Positions 1 through 13,882 of a stretch of 64,000 bases of DNA are shown here, one piece after another (the stretch's first letter is position 1; the number at the start of each line of letters is the position of its first letter). Below the pieces are notes generated by a model. It worked only from the letters and a program-made list of their open reading frames with translations, had not been told where the DNA came from and searched no databases. This DNA comes from Octopus sinensis (Eukaryota). The stretch covers positions 6,138,001-6,202,000 of the forward strand of contig NC_043009.1 of the NCBI RefSeq assembly GCF_006345805.1, in the 5' to 3' direction. The position numbers were made by a program, and so were the translations under genes.

Positions 1-154
1 GCTTCTTTTAGTTGCCGCCAAACAGATCCACTCACAAGGCTTTGGTCGGCCCGTCGCTATAGTAGAAGACACTTGCCCAAGGTGCCACCCAGTGCGACTG
101 AACCCGAAACCATGTGGTTGGTAAGTAAGCTACTTACCACACGGCCGCTCCTGC
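1..154 (-). mobile_element. tRNA-derived SINE, working family A, 5' part (cut by window edge)
   Basis: Reverse complement of the head seen at 1986 and 33205 (GCAGGAGCGGCCGTGTGGTAAG...GGTTCAGTC...ACCTTGGGCAAGTGTCTTCTACTATAG). Confidence 0.85.
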
Positions 155-1149
155 ATGAACGCATAAATTTTTTGTAATGAGAAATTACCCCAGATAAATG
201 TCATCTGAATTCAAACATGAATCAGGATATTTTAATTTATATCTATAATTTTATTTTCAGAAAATTTATGCTTTCCGTATATGTGCGCATTAACTGAAAA
301 CCTTCAAGGAATTTGCGACGAGAATGCTACCTTGTTATTTTGAATGTGTATGTGTGTGTATATACGGGTGTGCAATTATATGTGTGCGGTGAATTTGTGA
401 AGGCTTGACAGACGGATTGAATTAGTATGGTGAGCTCGGGAATTTGATGTCCTTGTTCGTAAACACGCTTGGATTACAAGAGTTTCCAACGCGTCAATGT
501 CTGGAAATATGGTGTTGTACATCCAATAGAAGTCTGTAAAACGCAGACGGTTCGTAAACACCATTATTTATAAAGCAATAAAGAATGATACGTTCTGTTT
601 CGTTTTGCTCTTTTCATGTTGCGCTAATGTTATGCGTCATTGTGTTGTAGGCCATCGTTGTAAAATCAAATATTATTGAAATAAGACAAAGTAGAAATAA
701 GCGCACAGAATCTAAAACCTGAAGAACTGAGAAAGGGACATGTTTGTGTAAACTGGGAGGAGCACAAAAGAAAAAAAAAGGACCAGCAATATATAATGGG
801 AGACTGAAAGAAATCTACAGAGATAAGGCGAAAACTCATACGAAATTATACAGAGCCACATTTAAAGATGGAACTAGAAACACAATCTAAAAAATGCTAG
901 ATAAAAAGGGAAAGGACAAACAGGAAAGGAGATTAGACAATATCTATAACAAATTATTTATGGAATCATCACCTTGGACTGAAACAATTAAGTATCGGAA
1001 GAAATGAAAACGTAACTGAGAAGACATACAAAACAAAATGAAAGATGAAGAGAAAATTGTGAAGCAGGAAGACTTAAAAAAATATTGTAATTAATGAAAT
1101 GAGTAAATGTAAGAAAGAACGTAAGGGGAGAAAACTTGATATACGCAAT

Positions 1150-1203
1150 AGAATATATATATATATATATATATATAGACATTTCTATAAATAAATGAAT
1201 ATC

Positions 1204-1240
<37 letters not shown>

Positions 1241-1316
1241 ATGGGTGGGTGTGTATGTATATATATATGCTTACCTAAACCCAAGCAGACACCTACATAC
1301 AGACATACACACACAC

Positions 1317-1353
<37 letters not shown>

Positions 1354-1354
1354 T

Positions 1355-1396
<42 letters not shown>

Positions 1397-1435
1397 ATAT
1401 ATATAAATAAATAAATATATATATATATATATATG

Positions 1436-1470
<35 letters not shown>

Positions 1471-1485
1471 GTGTATGTATGCATT
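1150..1485. repeat. Compound (AT)n/(GT)n/(AC)n/(ATATGT)n microsatellite
   Basis: Read directly from the sequence. Confidence 0.9.
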
Positions 1486-1985
1486 AAAGATTAAAGAAAA
1501 AAGATACAAATCAATGAACGAGACTTTGATATTTTTATCTTGTCTCAAGGATTAGACGTCTGAAAATGTCACGAAATCATATCTCAAATTTCTGTAATTC
1601 ACACTGACTCTATTTCAGAGGTCTTGTCATTCTGTCTGCCAAATATTAATTTAATACAATCTTAAATTTTAAAGAAATATCATTACAGCAGCTGATAAAC
1701 AACACTATTTGTAATAGAAACAATAATACTATAACAAAGAGCAAAAATAAAATTATGATAATATTGATTTAGAACGTAACCAGAGTTGAAAATAAATTGT
1801 AAACAAGATTGAAGTCGATTAAATCTGTTTAATTACTGGTACTTATTACAAAGAAAGTCGGTTGATGAAAGCAAATATTGGTCAAGAACGTTAAATTTAG
1901 CTTGATTTAAAAATAAAAAAAACTTTGACTCGGCAAACATTTTGAGGTTTGCATTTAATATTCTTCTGTTTTGAATATAATAATA

Positions 1986-2114
1986 GGCGTAGGAGTGGCT
2001 GTGTGGTAAGTAGCTTGCTTACGAACTACATGGTTCCGGGTTCAGTCCCACTGCGTGGCACCTTGGGCAAGCCTTGTGAGTGGATTTGGTTGACGGAAAC
2101 TGAAAGAAGCCTGT

Positions 2115-2152
<38 letters not shown>

Positions 2153-2163
2153 CATATATATAC

Positions 2164-2195
<32 letters not shown>

Positions 2196-2428
2196 TTATG
2201 TGTGTGTATGTATATATGTTTTTGTGTCCGTGTTCGTCACCCCAACATCGGTTGACAACCGATACTGGTGTTTTTACGTCCCCATAACATAGCAGTTCGG
2301 TAAAAGAGACCGATAGAATAAATACTAGGCTTACAAAGAGTAAGTCCTGGGGTCGATGCGCTCGACTAAAGGCGTTGCGCCAGCATGACCACAATCAAAT
2401 GACTGAAACAAGTAAAAGAGTAAAAGAG
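1986..2428 (+). mobile_element. SINE family A, near full length
   Basis: Pol III A-box-like TGGCTGTGTGG and B-box-like GGTTCAGTCC, internal (AT)/(GT) tract, 3' tail CAGCATGACCACAATCAAATGACTGAAACAAGTAAAAGAG. Small deletion after CTTGGGCAA. At least 10 related copies in the window. Confidence 0.9.
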
Positions 2429-2649
2429 AGGATATTATCATTGTGTACATGGTAAGTAATCAGAATACTAAGATTAATATATGTGACTAATTCTCCAAGG
2501 TGCGTATTCTAGTTATTTCTATCTGAGTTTATCCATTCTGATTGTTCACATATATAAACACACTAGCTTCAATTTAAAGAAAAAAAGCTCTTAACTAATA
2601 ATTATTTCCCTTATTAAAAATGCCCTTTGACACTTTGGGGCAAAGGGGA

Positions 2650-2815
2650 ACAAATTGTTTGAATCGACTCCAGTGCTAAACTAGTACTCATTTCATCAAC
2701 CCTGAAAGAAAGAAAGGTAAAATCGGCCTCAGCGGAATTTGGACTCAGAACATAAACAGGGACGAAATGCAGTTAAACATTTTGCCCGACGTGTAAACGA
2801 TTCTGGCATCTCGCC
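2650..2815 (-). mobile_element. SINE family C, degenerate
   Basis: Reverse complement resembles 61479-61695 (GAATCGTT...TTCTGAGTCCAAATTCCGCTGAGGCCGA...AGTAC). Confidence 0.6.
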
Positions 2816-3911
2816 ATAAATGAGTGGTTCTTGAAAAAAACAGACTGACACAACAGCAAAATAGAGCAGTGTAATCGAAACTCGATGGTTAATTTTACGT
2901 CCAAAAATGCAACGACGATACTTTCTACTCCCTACCATTAACGCCATGTCATTTATCTCATCTTCTACAGGTGCCAGGTCCAGTATAGCTTTATAATATA
3001 TACTTTCACTATTATTTTGTACTGTGGCACAAAAGTACCTACCAATCATGAAGCTACGGTGTAACAGAAGTCTCTTACAGTGACTTATCTCGTGTCTCTT
3101 TCACTTCCCTTTAATAATACATAACTTACACTTACATGCAATATGCTGAAGTTAGTTGGTATAGACACGTATATCATTCACTACCATCTAGTTCTAAAAT
3201 AAGTACTATACTACGTCATACTGGGTCACAAATGAATTTTCTTATAAATGTTTGACAACTTCAGACTGTGTTTTGACTGAATTTTCAGTTTGAAGTGTAC
3301 ATAAGTTAATGTCATATATTTTGCCTTTTGTAATTGAAAGAATTTCTGATATGACCTGGAGAGACTGTTCTACTATATGATATATTATATGAAGGGCATT
3401 TTGAAATTGCTTAGAAACCTCTCTAAGCAAATATATATAATATTCCATTTTTCGGCTCTTGAATTATCTCCAACGGCAAAGAACTGCTGTTTACTTTTAC
3501 GAAATTCACAGAGCTGGAGGCTGGGTAGCACTTAATGAATAAAAGTACAGAACTGCCTAGAATGATGGAAGGGATACATACTACAACCCTACGTAGCAAA
3601 TACACTCAATATCTAAGCTAAAGAAAAACAATTTTATAATAATTTTGTATGCGTAATGATTATTTTAAATAAGTATGTGGGGCGCCACCATGGCTGCGGT
3701 TCTCGGACTAAACCTTAAAGTGATAACAAAGAAATTCTAAGAAAATAAAGTTTAAACTATTTTCAATTTTATTTTAATTCAAACCGTACAGAAAAGAGCC
3801 AGGGTACCCGGAAGTTCATGTTTTAAGTTTCAAAACATGACAGAGCACTTTTTTACAAACATAAGCATAAATGAGACTCACAGGGCCACTTTCCTGGTTT
3901 TCATGGTGTCG

Positions 3912-4125
3912 ACATTCCGTACTTGGGCGGAACACTTAGCGGTATTTCGTCTGTCATTATGTTCTGAGTTCAAATTAAGCCGAGGTCGACTTTGCCTTTC
4001 ATTCTTTCGGGGTCGATAAATAAAGTACCAGTTTCACACTGGGGTCGATGTAATCGACTTAATCCCTTTGTCTGACCTTGTTTGTCCCCTCTATATTTAG
4101 CATCCTGTGGGTAGTAAAGAAATAT
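3912..4125 (+). mobile_element. SINE family C
   Basis: GTTCTGAGTTCAAAT...GAGGTCGACTTTGCCTTTCAT...GGGGTCGATGTAATCGACTTAA...GTGGGTAGTAAAGAAATA, collinear with 61479-61695. Confidence 0.8.
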
Positions 4126-4842
4126 ATATATACGTATATATACATGTGTGTATGTGTGTGTATGTCGTGCGTGTCTGAGTGTATAAACGCATATATATAC
4201 ACATAAAAGTTTTCAAAATTAAACAAAATTAAAATGTATAGCACAACATTCCTGTCATATATGAACAGAAACTAACAAGAAATATCTAAAAATGTTTGTT
4301 AGTCCATTTCATGGTCCAAACAGGACAAATTGGAAAAGACGTTGCCCCAGAGAATGGCCAGATAGGCGTGCTGGAACAACCTCTCCGACTCACGGAGCTC
4401 GCACTAGCCGATATCTATCTCCATTGGTTTCGGACCTTTCATAGAAATACTAATTTCTAGCATTATATTATCCTAATTGATAGTAGAAACCCTGTAACAA
4501 TGCATGTATACATACACACTGTTCAGAATATAACAGCTGCATTTATATATCGTATTGAAAAATATGGTGTCCATTTTGATTTTTATTTTATTTGTACATC
4601 TGCTAATATCCCTTTTTCTCCTTTCTCTTTATTATTAACGCTTTATTTCTCAATGTTTTGCTCCCCTCTCTCTCCGCGTGGAGTGAGTAGCTATATTGAA
4701 ATATTTCTATATCTGAATATTTCAATCCTTACCCAGTTACTATCAGTATACGATTATAAACTATCGATTTTTCAAAGCTATCATATAAAGACACACATTA
4801 AGAGGCACATTTAATTTAGATAATCGTAATACACAGCCACGA

Positions 4843-4852
4843 ATATATATAT

Positions 4853-4884
<32 letters not shown>

Positions 4885-4896
4885 GATATATATATA

Positions 4897-4941
<45 letters not shown>

Positions 4942-5312
4942 TATATAATATATATATATATATCCATACACACACAGATGCACACATACACTCACACAAA
5001 CACACACACATAGATATATATATATATACACATATGCATGTATGCATGGATATATATATATATTATATATATATATATATATAGGTATATATACATACAA
5101 ATATAAATATATACATACGTATACATACATATATATATATTTACGCTCATATACATACACACACTCACCCACACATATATATATACATATATACAATTAT
5201 ATATATTTATGATTTTATGTATGAATGTATGTATATATATATATCGTATATATAATGTATACAAACACACACACACATACACATACATATATATATACAT
5301 ATATATATATAT

Positions 5313-5352
<40 letters not shown>

Positions 5353-5510
5353 TATATACATACATACATGTACAGGGTATATAATGCGTATGTGAGCGCG
5401 CGTTGCGTTTGTGCGTGTGTTTGAGCGTGTGTGTGTGTGTGCGGTGCGTGTGTGTGTACGTGCGTGTGTATATACTGATATATAGATATATGTATACGCT
5501 TGTATGTATA
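4843..5510. repeat. Compound (AT)n/(AC)n/(GT)n microsatellite
   Basis: Read directly from the sequence. Confidence 0.9.
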
Positions 5511-6075
5511 TATGACTAATTTAGTATGCAAGCATACTATTTTCTAACACTGCACTTTCATTAATGAAAATATGAAAGGGAGAAAAAATTATTTCGACTC
5601 ATCGCTGGCAGCGTATTTACTATGACCTTAAATTGTACATATAGTCTTGCATCTTCTCACTAACAAAAGTGAAAAAAACTAAATAAACAAACAACAACAA
5701 AAACTTCCTGCATTCTAAGATAAATTGTGTTCGTTTTGCATTTGATTTTTTTAAATTTTTTTATTTCTCTTTTGTCTTTATGGAAGCATATTTGGATGTA
5801 ATGTATTCACTGTTTAACCAGTTGCTACTCCGAACATGTTTTGAATGTTTAAGAAAGACTTTACTAGAATCGCACAGAACTTAAAGCAAACATTGATATA
5901 AACGTGAATTAACAATCGTGGATTTTCTGACAAGCGAAGGCACAAATAATAATCGACAAAAAATCTTCGAAACACATGTGCATTTTGATGTAAATTCACT
6001 TCTATCTTTTTTTCTTATTTAAAACTTTCTTGAATGCCAATCTGCTGGATACAGAACTAATTCTCTATTATATAA

Positions 6076-6374
6076 CTATACAACAGCCTGGGTTTCAAGG
6101 GCCCGCAGCTTTTTAATATTCTCCCAAAGAGTCTGAGGAATTTGCACAAAGTAAATGTAGGGTTTTTTTAAATCAAAGCTGGATCTCTTCCTGTCGAGAG
6201 TCCCAGATGAGCCTACCTCACAGCAAGAGGTGCAAATGAGGGTAGCTATATCAAACGCCATTCTTCATCAAGTGCCACATACTAGAGGAGCCTCCAAGTA
6301 ATAACAGTGTAGCGCAAAATGGCGGTGCATCAGCATGGCCCCAGCTCTGAGCTGAAACTTTAAAAAAATAATAA
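6076..6374 (+). mobile_element. 3' end of a CR1/L2-type LINE (ORF2 C-terminus plus 3' UTR), heavily 5'-truncated
   Basis: Translates as LYNSLGFKGPQLFNILPKSLRNLHKVNVGFF / KSKLDLFLSRVPDEPTSQQ...SK*, with a +1 shift in the T7 run at 6163-6169. This matches the NSF-x-GP-x-LFN-x-LP...FK-x2-LD C-terminal pattern of CR1/L2 ORF2. Followed by tail GGCGGTGCATCAGCATGGCC...CTGAAAC and an A-rich end. Confidence 0.75.
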
Positions 6375-6479
6375 ATATGAATGAAATATATCAATAACAA
6401 AACTGGTATTCTTCTAAAAGTTAAATATATTTGAAGGGAAGGGGGAAAATATAATGTGCATAATAACGCCAGGCTTTAG

Positions 6480-7250
6480 TTAGAATTTCGTTGATTGCTT
6501 AATGTAACACTACATTGGAGACATCGGATGAAAGATACTAACGCAGTGCTACTATTCCAAACCTCCTACGGCCTTAATGTTTCTGAGCTGGCACTGAGGT
6601 TACAAGATGATGGAAATAGAAAGTGCTAGAGTCTGTCAAGGATGTTGTGTCACTACTAAGACGTAGAATACTGGTGAGTGTTGTAAGTCGTGGAAGAACT
6701 GACCTGGGTAGGATCACAACACTTCACAATGATAGTCTGCAAGTAAATGAAAAGCAGCAAGTTACTGATGCGTGAAGTGTGACCATCGATTAAGGAGGTG
6801 TAGACCACCATATGTATTGGAATACGGCACTAGGGAACTTTGTTAAGATGGCTTATATAGTTTCACAGTCTGAGCTTTGGAGAGCGAAAGTCCATGATTT
6901 ATCTATGAATTCTACCGGTGAAAGTTAGAGTCACGAACTTATCCCTGTCCCTGAAGGGAAAGATTGTAAAGCACATCTTCAGTAGCTGATTAAAAACTAT
7001 ACAAGAGATGTGCTACGACTGAAGGTATGATCAGATTCAGAAAGTCATAGCGGACACCAACTGCTGTGATGTTAGCCGTTCTAATTCTAGCGCAGAAACG
7101 TATTACTTTTGTCAAGGCTACAATGAAGAAGCCACCAGCGGTCATACCGAAATTATTGCCGGACCTGCTGAAAACAGGAAAAGACAAGAAGGTGAACATC
7201 TGCCTGGAGTAGTACAGGACGTTAGGACAAAAATTTATTGCGGTAAAAGG
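6480..7250 (-). mobile_element. Possible very old CR1-like LINE relic
   Basis: GC-richer than its flanks; minus-strand fragments LYK...YGG and FPSSCNLSA resemble a CR1 ORF2 C-terminus. Many stops and shifts. Confidence 0.3.
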
Positions 7251-8845
7251 TATAAAGCTTTATATATCGAGTTGAAATTCAGCCTAGATTGAATTTACGT
7301 CTCATTTTCCTGTGTTAATTGAAATTAAGTATTAACTTCTCTCTTCCACATATGCTTACTTTAGATTTTATTCCATTGCTACTTTATTCATGTTCTGCCA
7401 TAGTAAGCTATATTTTCCCATATTTCCTAAAAAATACTTATTTATAAAACTTACTGTGTTTTGTTAAATTTCATTCTATCGTTCGTTGTCGCACCACGTC
7501 TCCCTCTCCCTCTCTGCCTTTCTCTCTCCTACCTCACTCTAACATTCTGCACCAGGCCCTTTGCATTCATCCTATTACACGCCTGGCCGTCTAAGTTTTT
7601 TTCGGTTTTCCTATTCTCAATGCCTTCCCACTTATATCTACCATACTACCTGCAAACCTCTGCTCCGCCTATTTTAACGATATATATTTATAGACCGCGT
7701 ATCCTCACTTCAGTTGCATCCGGTTGTCTGAAGAGAAGGGGCCGTATTCAAAGGAGGAAATAAAACGCATATAAACGCATACACGTACACGTACACACAC
7801 ACACACACACACACACATCTGTGTATGTGAGGGAGTATGTGTGTGCATCGAGGAAATTCTCCATGATTAATTTTTGCCTTACACTCAAGCCTTGTTTTAT
7901 TTTGTGCCTTTATGCATGTATATCTATATGTATGCATATATATAAAATATGAAATCGATATATAAAACGATATTGTCAGGTTTTACGGGAGGTGAATATA
8001 TATATATATATATATATATTTACTTTCTCCTGCGGACACACACACACACACACACATACACACACACACATTCAGACACAAGCATACGTACAGATAGACA
8101 TTCAGTTAAATAGACAGGCAGACATATAGACATGTCTATACAGATCAAACACGCATTTGAAACATGTTGCTTACTACATTATAATGCTGCCACATGGAAA
8201 ATCCCAACACGAAACTTATATTTCATAAACTATCGTGGTACAAGTAATTCAATAAGAATACCAAACAATATGAACTGTTTGAGGCTATAAACGTCTGTGC
8301 TACGTAAACATGTCCATGAACACAAAATACATATACATAAATATGTGCATATGTAGTTATATAGAGAGAAATGCAGATATAGCAAGCAGGAAGAGGAACA
8401 CGCACACACATATGTCTGTTTTGTATTATAATTTGTGTCTTTCATTAGTCTGTGTACATGTTTTCCTTCTTGGTTTTATACTAAATAGCTAATATATAAA
8501 TTTAAGAACACTGAGTTCAGTTTTAAAATTTGAATAACGTTAGTCTCTCTGGAATTCAATGAATTAATCCAGTCCATCAACTTCTCGAAGCATTCACGGC
8601 TCCTGGATGCAATACAAGCAGGGTTCATTGTTTTTCATTTTTCTCTTTTTTTTTTAGTCGATCCTATCAAATGATGACATTTCGTGACATACTAAAAGCA
8701 TCGTAAAAATGAGGGGAAAAAATCGTGAAATCAGTAAAAACAGATATTTGTAAGCCATTAGAAATAATACACAAACAATAACGTTGAAATAGATAATAGC
8801 TTGAGTAGAGTGACGGAATGGTTGATAAACTGATGGACATTCTAT

Positions 8846-8864
8846 TAGATAGATACATAGATAA

Positions 8865-8903
<39 letters not shown>

Positions 8904-8920
8904 ACGAGAAATAGATACAC

Positions 8921-8969
<49 letters not shown>

Positions 8970-9050
8970 CATAGATAGATAGATAGATACATACATACAT
9001 AAATAGATCGATAGATAGCTAGATAGCTAGATAGCTAGCAAGCTAGATAT

Positions 9051-9107
<57 letters not shown>

Positions 9108-9119
9108 AGATAGATAGAT

Positions 9120-9154
<35 letters not shown>

Positions 9155-9270
9155 TGATAGATAGATAGATGCGTAGATAGCTGGACACATAGAAGATAGA
9201 TACATAGACAGATATAGAGAGAGAGAAAGAGAGAGAAAGATATTGACAAATAGATCAACGGATAGATTAT
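8846..9270. repeat. (GATA)n/(GA)n microsatellite
   Basis: Read directly from the sequence. Confidence 0.9.
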
Positions 9271-9414
9271 GAAATGAATGTAGAGAAACAAGGCATCAAA
9301 GAAAATGTCCAGCACTATACTGCGCGCACAGAAGAACGACTCACACAAACATATAATGATACACATGTATATACACCCAAAGCACTCATAATATGCTTGG
9401 TACGATGTATATGA

Positions 9415-9910
<496 letters not shown>

Positions 9911-10241
9911 CACACACACATACACATACACGCACATATATATACATATATGTATGCACACACGTATATGTACATATATGTGTGTGCATAGTTTTATGCA
10001 TATATGTTTGTGTTTGTATATATACGCATAAGAATATTGAGAAGGATATGTGGATAAGCGAGGCAGTCTGAGGGACGGTGAAACATACTTGGGAAAGAGG
10101 AGTTTTAAAAAATTAATGAAAATTAATAGGATTATCAATATCATACATATATGCCTCTGTATATAAAGTGTTTCTACGTGTGGGTAAATGTATGTATATA
10201 TTCATGCATATGTATGTATATATACATATATATATATATAT

Positions 10242-10314
<73 letters not shown>

Positions 10315-11199
10315 GGATGTATGTATGCGTGTAGGCATAGTCCAGTGTGTGATAGAGGGATGAGTGTGGGAATGCTGTAAGCTAAGATCGAATGGATAAA
10401 AACATAGCGTTTTAAATTAAAATTTTTCTCGATTTCATATTTTGATCCCAATGCAATTAAGTTAAAAGATAACAAATTACTGCATATATCCCCATTCGCA
10501 ATTAACTAATGAGTATTTGTTTGGTATGTTACTTTACTCTCCATGTCTCTCTGTCCATCTCTTCCGGATTATCCACTTACTCCCTTTAGGAGTTTAATTA
10601 TGTTGTGGTCGTTCTGATAGTTTAGGTTCCCGTTTATATTATTTAGCTGTTGTTTTTGAAAAATTTTTATTCTCTTCATTTTGAACATTTTGCTTCTTTT
10701 CTTTTGTGGGTAGGGGCCTTACAAACGTTTTACATTGTTTTGCCATAATATCCGACCCTTTTTCTTGATTTATGCTAAGGAGGATTATGTTGAAAATCAC
10801 ATAGGAGGAATGCATTAAGAAATGCTTTAAATTGTATGATATTGGGTGCCATGAAGTCGCATTTCTAATATATGTAACAGTATGACTATTCAGCGAAATA
10901 TGTTTTAATTATATATTTTAGTTTGGTAGACATCATACCAGACGAGTAGTACACTAGTATGTATATTTTAGGTCAATTATCAACAGTAACGATGCCATTT
11001 AAGTTTTTATCTATTCTCTTATATTTATTGTTTTTAATACTTCTTTTTTAAAAAATCAGTATTACCCACATCGTCTATTTAGAAAGAATTCTCTTGCCTT
11101 CACTAGACTTAAAGGAAATACCAGCAATGTTGTCCAAAAAATAGAGAAAAGAAATATCTTAGACCCCGATACGCCATATATTAAGAAAAAGACAGGATA

Positions 11200-11343
11200 A
11201 TGTAGGCTGGCTTTGCTGCGTGGATAAGAAACTCGTTCTACAGTCACGTGGTTTGATGTTCAGACACTCTGGTTACCGGCTTTGACATATGCCTTCTACT
11301 ATGATAACTTGCAGATAAATAATTTGTGAGTAAATTTGGTAAC
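11200..11343 (+). mobile_element. Degenerate SINE family A head
   Basis: Residual TGCGTGGATAAG...GTTCAG...CTTCTACTAT...TGTGAGTAAATTTGGTA. Confidence 0.4.
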
Positions 11344-11399
11344 CCGTCCAGGACATAGGCATTCATGCATATATGTATAAACGCAATCGTGTGGAGATG

Positions 11400-11740
11400 T
11401 GTCAATGCTTACTTGACCACAACAACGATGAATGAGAAGCCGTATTGTACAGAATAATGACTGTAGATGAAACTCGTATCCATTTCTTTGAGGAAGCATC
11501 CAAGAGTATTGCCAGCAACAAAGAAATTCAAAGCTCAAAATTTCACAGAAGTCATGTTAACTGTTTTAAGGGAGGATAAAGGGTCTATGCTAGAACATTA
11601 ACAGAGAAAAGGGATCTACAGTCACAAAAGTAAGGATGTAGTGAAATGCTGGCCAACAGGCTGAAAGGAACTAACGACGAGGTCTATTCTCAAATCAGGT
11701 GTAATTGTTACACAGCAATGCACACCCACTCACAGCATCA
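11400..11740 (+). mobile_element. mariner (DD34D) transposase relic
   Basis: LYRIMTVDETRIHFFE (cf. IVTGDETWIH), PATKKFKAQ...VMLTV..DKG (cf. KVM-TVFWD-KG), LHSNAHPLTA (cf. LHDNARPHTA). Deleted and frameshifted. Confidence 0.7.
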
Positions 11741-11903
11741 CACAGCCCAAGAAATATATAGGAAAGCAAAGAGACTATGTTCAGCCCCTGCTTTTGTTTT
11801 AATAAATCACAGAATTACACAGAAACAGAGAGAGAGAGAGAATGAGAGATATATACACATGTACACACACGAACACACACACACATATCTATCAATATGT
11901 GTG

Positions 11904-11935
<32 letters not shown>

Positions 11936-12073
11936 TATACACGTGTGTACGTGTGATGTAAGAGAGAGAGAGTGAGTGTGTTGCTGTGTTTGTGTTTGTC
12001 CTCGTTCTTTTTGACAATTGATGATGGTGATGTCCCTGTAACATGATAATTCAATAAGTAAAACCGAATAAGT

Positions 12074-12099
12074 AGAAGAAGAAGAAGAAGAAGCCGAAG

Positions 12100-12172
<73 letters not shown>

Positions 12173-12184
12173 TAATAATAATAA

Positions 12185-12215
<31 letters not shown>

Positions 12216-12243
12216 AAGAAGAAGAAGAAGAAGAAGGAGAAGA
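12074..12243. repeat. Compound (GAA)n-(TAA)n-(GAA)n trinucleotide repeat
   Basis: Read directly from the sequence. Confidence 0.95.
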
Positions 12244-13480
12244 GGTGGATTAGATTAGTTCGATTGAATTTACGAAGTCGGTGTCCCAGCATGGCCGTTA
12301 TCCAACGAATGAAATTATGCGTTTTTCCGATAGATGTATAATGCAGTGTCTCTCAATGAACATCATGAATGGCTGTTGCGAAACATGCTATTATCTTAAC
12401 ATTTTCACCGACAAAATAATTGAGCTTGGCAGAGAATAGAGATGTACGTTATTTTGAACTTGTGAAATAAAATTACTCTCGATACTATAAACATCCATTT
12501 GAGAATGATCAAGAGAAATAGAATCTACCTTAGCATTATCACCAATAAAATTAATGAATTGTTTTCACTTGACGTGGGTGAAATAATATTGATGCAGCTA
12601 TGTATGTTGCAATTATGTGCTATCAGATTATAAAGGTTTCCTTAAAACAAACGTCATTTACGAGTAGATTTAATTCATTTTATATACAAAGGTATATGTT
12701 TCAGATACAGATATTACTATACTTAGCTGTAATGTGGTACAATAGACCAGAACATTACAGCTGATGCGATGTGTTAGCATGACACATCCCTAGCGTTCAT
12801 TGTGTTCCTGTATATTAATCATTTCTCAACAATGGGAATGCGATATTTCCATAGTAATCAAATGGTATCATTGATATATTACTGAAAACGGGACCCTGTG
12901 AAGGATATTTTACTAAAGCAATATAACGGGAATTTTAGTAGTATTCGACATGGTAATTGAATGCATTTCAAATACTGAGTGGTATATTCTTATTGAAAAG
13001 CGGTGGTATCATATGGAAATAATTTGATACAAAAGAAATAAAAGACCATGATTTTAAATAATTTTGTCAAATGATTAAGACTATATAGAAAATATGCTAT
13101 GAGCAAAAACATGTGAAGAATTGGCCAGTCCTCAATAAATCATGATATATGAAAATTTCATATCAATGAAATAAATCCAATAAACTGTATTAGCAAATGA
13201 CGAGGAAATTTGCAATATGAGTTGCCATATTTTTTTTGGTAAAATAATTAATACTTTTTAAGAGTATATTGCGCGAAATTCCCTCCTGTTTCTACAAATG
13301 TCACCTATTGAAGTGATTACACAGGGTTATAAAAATTTAAAAACAGCACACGATTGAAAACAAACAAAGGATATAATCGCAATGTGTAATTCGTAATATA
13401 TAATGTTATTCTGACTGACAATATTTCTCATCCTCTTACTAATTTTAATAAAACATGAATTTACGTTAATAATATTAACA

Positions 13481-13573
13481 ACGTAGGTGGTGTGGCTAGG
13501 TGGTAAGAAATTGATTCCCAACTGCATTGTTGCGAGTTCAGTCCTACCGTGTGGAAACACAAAGAAGCCCGTC

Positions 13574-13605
<32 letters not shown>

Positions 13606-13882
13606 GTGAATGTGTGTGTGTATATATAGAGAGAGAAAGAGAGGTACGCATTCATGTATGTGTGCGTTTGTTTGTGTCTGTATCTGTCCCCCTCCGTCAT
13701 TTGGCGACCGGTGATGGTGTGTTTAAGTCCCGTAACATAGTGGTCCGCTTAAAGATTTCGATAGAATAAATACCAGGCTTTAAATACAGAGGTACTGGGG
13801 GTGATTAATTCCACTAAGAGTTCAAGTCGGTACTCCAGCCTGGTCAAAGTCCTATGAATGAAACAGGTTACAGAAAAAAAGA
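13481..13882 (+). mobile_element. SINE family A, old and diverged
   Basis: Head CGTAGGTGGTGTGGCTAGGTGGTAAG...GAGTTCAGTCC, AAAGAAGCCCGTC, internal microsatellite, GATAGAATAAATACCAGGC, tail CTCCAGCCTGGTC...GAAACAG. Confidence 0.7.

Noticed and set aside
11807-12292. 161-aa poly-F/Y/S ORF
   Set aside because: It is the antisense reading of (GAA)n/(TAA)n repeats.
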